NCBI GenBank assembly: GCA_963828165.1
Contig: CAWHDR010000001.1
Coordinates: forward strand, 928,001 to 992,000
Length of the DNA stretch: 64,000 nucleotides
Reading direction: 5' to 3'
Source: an uncultured Chloroflexia bacterium
Lineage (GTDB): Bacteria; Chloroflexota; Limnocylindria; Limnocylindrales; CSP1-4
Within the stretch, counting starts at the first letter, position 1. Each line of letters opens with the position of its first letter. The notes beneath the pieces were generated by a model. The model saw only the letters and a program-made list of their open reading frames with translations. It was not told the DNA's origin and searched no databases. Below are positions 57,193 through 64,000 of this stretch, piece by piece. A program made the position numbers and the translations under genes.

Positions 57193-57861
57193 TCAGGTCG
57201 CGTCGACGACCTCGCGAAGCCGGCGCGCGAGATCGACATGACCGGCACCCTCCGCGACCTCGACCGGGGTTCGGCCGTCGGCGGTCTTTGCCCCCACGTC
57301 GGCCCCGGCCGACAGGAACAGCTCCACCAGCTCCACGTCGCCGCTCGCCGCGACCTCGTGCAGTGGCGAGTAGCCCCCGTGCTGCGTCGCGTTCACATCC
57401 GCGCCGGCGGCCAGGAGCGCTCGACAGACCTCGATATGTCGTCCGGCCGCGGCAGCGTGCAATGGCTGGTTGGCGAAGTCGTTGGCGCTGTATACGTGTG
57501 GCGAGGCGCCGGCATCAAGCAGGAGTCGTGCCGCCTCGAGCTTGCCGAAGAAGGCGGCCAGGTGAAGGGCGGTGAAGCCGTCCGCCGCGACTGCCCGGGC
57601 GCTCCCGGGATCTTCCTCGAGCCGCCCCCGAAGCCGGTCGATGTGCCCCAGTGCGGCGCTGTCGAACACGTCCATCTCGGGGTCGGCGGCGAGCAGCAGA
57701 TCCAGGGTGGCACGGTCGAAGCGGTAGCGAGCGTGCAGCAGGACCGACACGCCATCGTCGCCGCGACCGCTCGCGAGAGACGGGTCCTCGGCCAACATGG
57801 CCCCCACGCGCGCCGTGTCCCCGGCGTCGACAGCCGCTACGAATCCCTGGGCGCTGGGCAT
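57193..57861 (-). CDS. Ankyrin repeat protein
   Basis: GFTALHLAAFFG, QPLHAAAAG, SPLHEVAASG. Confidence 0.9.
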   Translation of the reverse strand: MPSAQGFVAAVDAGDTARVGAMLAEDPSLASGRGDDGVSVLLHARYRFDRATLDLLLAADPEMDVFDSAALGHIDRLRGRLEEDPGSARAVAADGFTALHLAAFFGKLEAARLLLDAGASPHVYSANDFANQPLHAAAAGRHIEVCRALLAAGADVNATQHGGYSPLHEVAASGDVELVELFLSAGADVGAKTADGRTPVEVAEGAGHVDLARRLREVVDAT

Positions 57862-58009
57862 GGCGCGAGGGTACTCCCGACCTCGCCCCGCCGCGGCCCG
57901 AACGCGCGGATCGCGTGACGCCGGCCCGACGCAGCCGGGTACGATGCGGCGCACGGCGCCCGCACGCCGTCAGCGTGGTCACACCCATCCTGAGGATCGA
58001 GTGACATCG

Positions 58010-58777
58010 ATGCGACTCGCCGACAAGGTCACGATCATCACCGGCGCGGGCGGCGGCATGGGCCGCGTCGCGGCGCAGATGTTCGCGAGGGAGGGCGCCA
58101 AGGTCGTCGTGGCCGAGTACGGCGAGGCGGCCGGCCAGGAAACCGTCGACCTCATCCGCGCCGAAGGCCGCGACGCGACCTTCGTCAAGGTCGACGTCTC
58201 GAGGGAGGCCGACGCCAAGGCGATGGTCGACCATGCCGTCGCGACGTATGGCCGGCTCGACTGCCTCTACAACAATGCCGGCGTCATGCCCGAGGCGGAT
58301 CACTCGGTGACGGACACGGAAGTCGACGTCTGGGACCAGGTGATGGCCGTCAACGTGCGCGGCGTGTTCCTCGGCTGCAAGTATGCGATCCCGGCGATGG
58401 AGGCCGCCGGTGGCGGATCCATCATCAACATTGCCAGCTTCGTCGCGCTCGTCGGCTGCTCCGTGCCGCAGGACGCGTACACCGCCTCGAAGGGCGCGGT
58501 CCTGAGCCTGACGCGCAGCCTCGCAGTCCAGTTCGGCCCGAAGGGCATCCGCTCCAACGCGATCTGCCCCGGGCCCGTCGAGACGCCGCTGCTCATGGAC
58601 TGGCTCGTCAAGGACGAGGCCGCCAAGCAGTTGCGCCTGGCGCGAAACCCGACCGGCCGCTTCGGCAAGCCCGAGGAGATCGTCCACATGGCCGTCTACC
58701 TCGCCTCGGACGAGTCCCGCTGGACGAACGGCGCGTCGCTCGTCGTCGACGGTGGCATCACCGTCAACTACTTCTGA
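58010..58777 (+). CDS. SDR oxidoreductase (Rv2857c-like)
   Basis: TGAGGGMG, NNAG, INIASFVA, YTASKG, CPGPVETPLL. Confidence 0.9.
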   Translation: MRLADKVTIITGAGGGMGRVAAQMFAREGAKVVVAEYGEAAGQETVDLIRAEGRDATFVKVDVSREADAKAMVDHAVATYGRLDCLYNNAGVMPEADHSVTDTEVDVWDQVMAVNVRGVFLGCKYAIPAMEAAGGGSIINIASFVALVGCSVPQDAYTASKGAVLSLTRSLAVQFGPKGIRSNAICPGPVETPLLMDWLVKDEAAKQLRLARNPTGRFGKPEEIVHMAVYLASDESRWTNGASLVVDGGITVNYF

Positions 58778-58785
58778 GGTGTGAG

Positions 58786-59653
58786 GTGACGGTCAGCCCG
58801 CTCAAGGGCAGCGCGTCGAAACGATCGAGCGGACCGCTTGCCATCGGGGTCGACGTCGGTGGCAGTGGGATCAAGGCAGCGATCGTGGACACGGCCTCCG
58901 GGCAGTTCGTGTCCGAGCGACTTCGCGTCCCCACGCCGACCCCGTCGACCCCGGAGAAGGTCGGTGCCACGATCGGACGGCTCGTCCGGCGTCTCGTGAA
59001 GTCCAGCGGGATCGACGACGGTGCCCAGGTCGGTGTCGGCCTGCCGGGCGTCGCGGTAGGCGGTCGCCTGCTGACGGCGGCCAACATCGACCCGGCCTGG
59101 GTGGATTACCCCATCGCCGAGAAGCTCGCGAAGACCTTGAAACGGCCGGTCAGCGTCGTCAACGACGCGGACGCCGCGGGCATCGCGGAGATGCGGTTCG
59201 GGATCGGACAGGGCTAAGCCGGGTGTGGTCATCTTCCTGACCCTCGGCACCGGAGTCGGCTCCGGCGTATTCGTCGACGGGACCCTGGTGCCGAACACCG
59301 AGTTCGGTCAGATGGAGATCCGCGGCCGCCCGGCCGAGCGGCGATCCGCGGCCGCTTCCCGACGCCGCCGCGGCCTGTCCTGGAAGGCGTGGGCGATGGA
59401 TCTCGATGAACACCTCCAGCGGATCGAAGACCTGATGTGGCCGACGCTGTTCATCCTCGGGGGCGGCGTCAGCAAGAACGCCGACAAGTTCATCCCCAGG
59501 CTGACGACCCGCACGCCCGTGGTCCCTGCGTCGCTGCGCAACGACGCCGGGATCGTGGGGGCGGCGGTCGTGGCCGCAGAAGGGCTCGCCGATGCGCAGT
59601 CGACGTGGGACGACCTACCCGCGGCCAAGCGCCCCAAGTCGGCCGAGGCCTGA
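58786..59653 (+). CDS. ppgK: Polyphosphate glucokinase/ROK family with a one-base insertion near 59215
   Basis: GVDVGGSGIK, NDADAAGIAEMRFG | LTLGTGVGS, PNTEFG, LGGGVSK, NDAGIVGAA. Confidence 0.8.
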
Positions 59654-59713
59654 TCCGGGCGTATCATCGGGGTCCTTTCTCGACGGCTCACGCCCGAATC
59701 CGAGGTCCCGACC

Positions 59714-61201
59714 ATGACGACCGAATCGAAGCCCGCGGCTGAGGCCGCTGCCCCCACCGTCGCGCGAATGCTGATCGGCGGTGAGGCCGTCGACGCCGCC
59801 GACGGCCAGACGTTCGACGTCGTCGACCCCGCCACTGGCCGGACCATGGCCACGGCACCGCTCGGCGGGCGCGAGGACGTCGACCGCGCCGTTGCGGCGG
59901 CCCGCAAGGCCTTCGACGACCGCAAGGGCTGGGCCAACTGGGCTGCCGGCAAGCGTGGTCGGAGCCTCTCGAAGCTCGCCGACCTCATCAAGAAGAACAG
60001 CGAGGAGCTGGCCCAGCTCGAGAGTCACAACGTCGGCAAGCCGATCACCGGCTCACGCGGCGAGGTCATCGGCGCCAGCCTCGTGTTCGACTACTACGCG
60101 GGGGCGGCGAACAAGCTCTACGGCCAGACGATCCCCGTCAGCAAGCCCGGCCTGGACCTGACGCTGCGCGAGCCGATCGGCGTCGTCGGGCTGATCGTGC
60201 CGTGGAACTTCCCGATCCTCATGGCCTCCTGGAAGGTCGCGCCGGCCCTGGCGGCCGGCAACACCGCGATCCTGAAGCCAGCGTCGTACACCCCGCTGAC
60301 GGCGATCCGCCTCGGCGAGCTGGCCCTCGAGGCCGGCATCCCGGCCGGGGTCCTCAACATCGTGACGGGCCCCGGCGGCACGGCGGGCGCGTCGATCGCC
60401 GCCCACGACGGCATCGGCAAGGTCGCGTTCACGGGCGAGACGACGACCGGCCAGGAGATCATGCGGCTGGCGTCGGGCAACGTGAAGAAGATCTCGCTCG
60501 AGCTCGGTGGCAAGAGCCCGAGCATCGTCTTCGCCGACGCCGATCTCGAGAAGTTCGCGAAGGAGTCGCCCTACAGCGTCTTCGACAACGCCGGTCAGGA
60601 CTGCTGCGCGCGCAGCCGCATCCTCGTCGAGCGCTCGGTGCACGAGCGCGTGCTCGAGCTATTCGTCGAAGCGACGCGCAACGTCAAGGTCGGCGATCCG
60701 GCGGACGACGCGACCGAGGTCGGGACCCTCGTCAGCGCGAAGCAGCGCGACCGCGTGAAGGACTACATCGAGATCGGGCTCGGCGAAGGAGCGACGATCG
60801 TGGTCGGCGGGACTGAACCCGACGATCCGGCCCTGGCCGATGGCGCGTATCTCCTCCCGACGGTCTTCGACGGCGTCTCGAATGACATGCGCATCGCCAA
60901 GGAGGAGATCTTCGGGCCGGTGGTATCGATCATCCCGTTCGATACGGAGGAGGAGGCCCTGCAGCTGGCCAACGCGACGCCGTACGGCCTCAGCGGCTCG
61001 ATCTGGAGTCGCGACATCGGCAAGGCGCTGCGTGCCGCGAAGGCACTGCAGGCCGGCGTGATCAGCGTGAACTCGAACAGCTCGGTCCACACCGAGGCCC
61101 CGTTCGGCGGCTACAAGATGTCCGGGATCGGCCGGGAGCTCGGGCTGAGCGCACTCGATCTCTACACGGAGACCAAGAACGTCTTCATCGACATCAGCTG
61201 A
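59714..61201 (+). CDS. Aldehyde dehydrogenase (Rv2858c/AldC-like)
   Basis: LELGGKSP, FDNAGQDCCARSR, EEIFGP, SVNSNSSV..PFGG. Confidence 0.9.
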   Translation: MTTESKPAAEAAAPTVARMLIGGEAVDAADGQTFDVVDPATGRTMATAPLGGREDVDRAVAAARKAFDDRKGWANWAAGKRGRSLSKLADLIKKNSEELAQLESHNVGKPITGSRGEVIGASLVFDYYAGAANKLYGQTIPVSKPGLDLTLREPIGVVGLIVPWNFPILMASWKVAPALAAGNTAILKPASYTPLTAIRLGELALEAGIPAGVLNIVTGPGGTAGASIAAHDGIGKVAFTGETTTGQEIMRLASGNVKKISLELGGKSPSIVFADADLEKFAKESPYSVFDNAGQDCCARSRILVERSVHERVLELFVEATRNVKVGDPADDATEVGTLVSAKQRDRVKDYIEIGLGEGATIVVGGTEPDDPALADGAYLLPTVFDGVSNDMRIAKEEIFGPVVSIIPFDTEEEALQLANATPYGLSGSIWSRDIGKALRAAKALQAGVISVNSNSSVHTEAPFGGYKMSGIGRELGLSALDLYTETKNVFIDIS

Positions 61202-61874
61202 GACACGGTTCGAGGGCTCGGTCGGCGGGCGGGGCGGGCCCGGCGGACGCGGCCCGGGGCGGTTCGCCATCGCTGCGTGGGGTCTTGGTCTCGTCACGGT
61301 CGTTGGCGTTGCCCTCGCCGGTGGCGGCATCGGCGAAGCGGCGGGCGAGGCGGCGCCGGCGGTCAGCGCGGTCCCATCGGTGGGCGCGGCCCCTTCCACC
61401 GATGCCAGGGCGGCGACGGCTGCTCCGACGCTCGATCCTGCGTTTGCAGATCTGGCCATGACCTCGCCGGCACGCCCCAACCAGGTCATCACCACGCGCG
61501 ACCTCGTGGTCCGCGGTCACGTGCGCGAATCGTCGTGGCGCGTGCAGGTGGTGCTGCAGTCCCAGAGCGCGGAGCCCATCGTGGTGCGCACCGGCGGGCC
61601 CATGACCCGACCCGGGGATCGCGACCGGAGCCCGGGCCGGACCTTCATCATCACGTTGCCCCTCCCCGATCCACGTCCCGCGGGGCCCGCGGTCGTGCAG
61701 ATCGTGGCGTACGACGCGAGCGGCCGAGCCCAGGAGGTCGTGCTGCGGACCATCCAGATCGGAGCACTCCTCGGCCCGGCGTCCGGCGCCGACCCCGGGC
61801 TCATCGCGCGCTGTCACCTGCCGGACGCCATCCGCGGGCAACGCAGGCTGGACCTCGCCGGATCGGGCTGCTGA
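61200..61874 (+). CDS. Hypothetical membrane-anchored/secreted protein (start codon unclear)
   Basis: Frame of ORF 61380-61874 stays open upstream through a TM segment FAIAAWGLGLVTVVGVALAG. Confidence 0.5.
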   Translation, partial: ETRFEGSVGGRGGPGGRGPGRFAIAAWGLGLVTVVGVALAGGGIGEAAGEAAPAVSAVPSVGAAPSTDARAATAAPTLDPAFADLAMTSPARPNQVITTRDLVVRGHVRESSWRVQVVLQSQSAEPIVVRTGGPMTRPGDRDRSPGRTFIITLPLPDPRPAGPAVVQIVAYDASGRAQEVVLRTIQIGALLGPASGADPGLIARCHLPDAIRGQRRLDLAGSGC

Positions 61875-61893
61875 GCGCGGCGAAGCTGCCTCG

Positions 61894-62511
61894 CTAGCGC
61901 CCTACCTCGACGGCCGGCCACGAAACATCCGGCCGGTGCCGCTCGAGCCAGTCGCGCAGCGCCCACATGGTCGTGCGGAACGCGAGGCCGGACCACGGGA
62001 TGTCCTCCGGGGCGAACGTCCGGATCTCGAGCGCCTCGGCCGTGGGCGCGGCCGTGCCACCCACGATCCGCGCGGCGAACGCGATCGTCACGACGGCCGC
62101 CTCGAGACGCGTGTACAACCCGACGATCTCGGTGGGCTCGATCAGCAGACCGGTCTCCTCCCAGGTCTCGCGGATGGCCGCCTGGTTGACGGTCTCGTCG
62201 ATCTCCAGGAAGCCGCCGGGCTGGGCCCACTGGCCGCGGCCGGGCTCGATCCCGCGTCGCAGCAGGACGATCTCGCCTTCCTCGGTGATCGGGAAGACCG
62301 TGACGACGAGGCGCGGGTTGACGTAGGCGATGTGGCCGCAGTCCGGGCAAGACAGCCGGTCGCGGTCCTCACCCTCGATCTGGCCGAAGCGCAGCGACGT
62401 ACCGCAGTTCGAGCAGAAGTTGAGGGACTGGCCCATCCACTGCGGGACGCCGCCACCGGACGGGAGATCCGTGGAGCGGCCGTCGCGTCCTCGATCGAAC
62501 TCGTCCATCAC
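61894..62511 (-). CDS. NUDIX hydrolase with N-terminal zinc ribbon
   Basis: FCSNCG...CPDCG..YVNP; [23 protein letters not shown]. Confidence 0.9.
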   Translation of the reverse strand: MMDEFDRGRDGRSTDLPSGGGVPQWMGQSLNFCSNCGTSLRFGQIEGEDRDRLSCPDCGHIAYVNPRLVVTVFPITEEGEIVLLRRGIEPGRGQWAQPGGFLEIDETVNQAAIRETWEETGLLIEPTEIVGLYTRLEAAVVTIAFAARIVGGTAAPTAEALEIRTFAPEDIPWSGLAFRTTMWALRDWLERHRPDVSWPAVEVGR

Positions 62512-62521
62512 CCGATGCGCG

Positions 62522-62953
62522 TCAGGCGAGCAGCACGGCGATGGCCGCGACGACGAGGGCTCCGAGCCCGATCAGGCTGACCGCGACCCAGGCGAGCCGG
62601 AACAGACCCTTGCCACGATCCACGCCCATCCAGGCCCAGGCCGAGCGCCAGATGCGCACGATCGCGTCGGCGGTCGTCACGACCAGCAAGGGCGCGGCCA
62701 CGATCACGCACAGCTTGATGAGCGGATCGCCGAGCCTCGCCCCGAGGTTGAGGGCCGTGATCGCGATCGCGCCACAGATGAGCACGACCACGGACAGGTT
62801 GATGTAGTGCTTCTGGAGCGGCGTCGGAGCGACTTCGGGCACGGAGCGCGGGGCCAGCCCCTGCAGGCTGGGCGGGAGCGGCGTCGGGGCGCGAACCGCC
62901 TGGCGGTCCAGGGCCGGCATCCCCGGTTCCCAGCGTTCGTCGTCCATCGTCAC
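62522..62953 (-). CDS. Hypothetical membrane protein
   Basis: 3 hydrophobic segments; TACACT 6 nt before GTG. Confidence 0.65.
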   Translation of the reverse strand: MTMDDERWEPGMPALDRQAVRAPTPLPPSLQGLAPRSVPEVAPTPLQKHYINLSVVVLICGAIAITALNLGARLGDPLIKLCVIVAAPLLVVTTADAIVRIWRSAWAWMGVDRGKGLFRLAWVAVSLIGLGALVVAAIAVLLA

Positions 62954-63006
62954 AGTCCGAGTGTAGCCACGTCACGCACAACCGCGGTGCGGCTCGCCCT
63001 CCGAGG

Positions 63007-63999
63007 TCAGGCTTGGCTGGTGGGCCGTCCGCCTCGCCGGAGGAAGCTCGGGACGTCGAGGTCGTCGCTCTCCGCGTTCGTCGATCGTGCGTGGACCTGG
63101 TCGGGGAGTTCCGGGCCCCCGGCGGAACGCGGTTGGATGTGCTGCCTCCGGGTGGCGACAGCCTGCCGGGGCGGGATCGTGGCCGATCGAGCCGGACGCT
63201 TCGCGGGCGCCATCACCGGGATCGCCGGCGGCGGCGGGACCGTGGCAGCCTCCTCGACGCGGGGAGGGCCAGAGACCGGGGGGTCCTTGGGGGACGCAGT
63301 CTCGATGGGCGGCGTCGAACTCCGAACCGGCGTCGCCAAGCCCGTGGCGATCAGCGTGACGAGGACGTCCCCCTCGAGCGAGTCATTGAAGCTCGCCCCG
63401 AAGATCACGTTCGCGTCGGGGTCGGCCCTTTCGCGGATCACCTCGGCGGCCTGACGCACCTCGCGCAAGCGGAGGTCCCGCGGGCCGGAGACGTTGAAGA
63501 GGATCCCCCGGGCGCCTTCGATGCTGGCCTCCAGCAGCGGGCTGGCGATGGCCTGGCGTGCCGCGTCCGTGGCGCGATGCTCGCCCGTCCCGCGACCCAG
63601 GCCGATGAGCGCCGGACCGGCGTCCTGCATCACGGACCGGACATCGGCAAAGTCGAGATTGATCAGACCGGGTGCGGTGATGAGGTCGATGATCCCCTGG
63701 ACCGCCTGGCGGAGGACGTCGTCGACCACGCCGAATGCGTCGATCATCGAGGCGTCCTCGGCGAGGACATCCGCGACACGGTCGTTCGGGACGACGATCA
63801 AGGCATCGACGTTGGCGGCGAGCTCCGCTGCGGCGGCCTCGGCGACCCGCAGCCGATGCGAACCCTCGAATCCGAACGGCTTGGTCGCGACCGCGATCGT
63901 CAGGGCGCCCTGGTCCCTGGCGTTGGCCGCGACGATCGGCGCGGCGCCGGATCCGGTGCCGCCACCAAGGCCGGCGGTGACGAAGACGAGGTCTGCGCC
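63007..63999 (-). CDS. ftsZ: Cell division GTPase FtsZ (5' end outside the window)
   Basis: AGLGGGTGSGAAP, PFGFEG, LINLDFADV, C-terminal DLDVPSFLR. Confidence 0.93.
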   Translation of the reverse strand, partial: GADLVFVTAGLGGGTGSGAAPIVAANARDQGALTIAVATKPFGFEGSHRLRVAEAAAAELAANVDALIVVPNDRVADVLAEDASMIDAFGVVDDVLRQAVQGIIDLITAPGLINLDFADVRSVMQDAGPALIGLGRGTGEHRATDAARQAIASPLLEASIEGARGILFNVSGPRDLRLREVRQAAEVIRERADPDANVIFGASFNDSLEGDVLVTLIATGLATPVRSSTPPIETASPKDPPVSGPPRVEEAATVPPPPAIPVMAPAKRPARSATIPPRQAVATRRQHIQPRSAGGPELPDQVHARSTNAESDDLDVPSFLRRGGRPTSQA

Positions 64000-64000
64000 G

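Noticed and set aside
57997-58007. Perfect reverse right arm TCGAGTGACAT before the SDR gene
   Set aside because: No matching spacer or left arm; a lone degenerate 11-mer is plausible by chance in a window this size
59200-59230. Programmed frameshifting in ppgK or paaJ
   Set aside because: No slippery sequence or stimulatory structure; a single-base error is the simpler explanation

Overview
High-GC bacterial chromosomal segment; Chloroflexota (Limnocylindria-like) or an actinobacterium-like host is my inference only. Core functions: an osmoprotectant ABC importer with IclR and asnB, ALDH/enolase-superfamily genes, erpA, a phenylacetate (paa) operon with a PaaR operator, fumC, a GlnA4-type gamma-glutamylation cluster interrupted by a 5xGAF hybrid kinase/REC-cyclase/Hpt relay, and a partial ftsZ. 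There are two accessory regions. (1) About 14.2-26.6 kb: a decaying detox-type island with five copies of a LysR-like operator. (2) 37.24-44.33 kb, the main discovery: 13 directly repeated 28-bp sites with an 11-6-11 layout (TCNSWNWGYGT-YCGSSA-ATGTCACYNGR) spaced 326-768 bp apart, each unit holding one small unrelated ORF. Eight of the ten minus-strand ORFs stop inside the site and most carry their own leaderless -10 element. This looks like an integron-like gene-cassette array built on non-attC, dif-like tyrosine-recombinase sites, with no recombinase gene in the window. All calls come from reading the sequence and ORF track by eye; no database searches were run.
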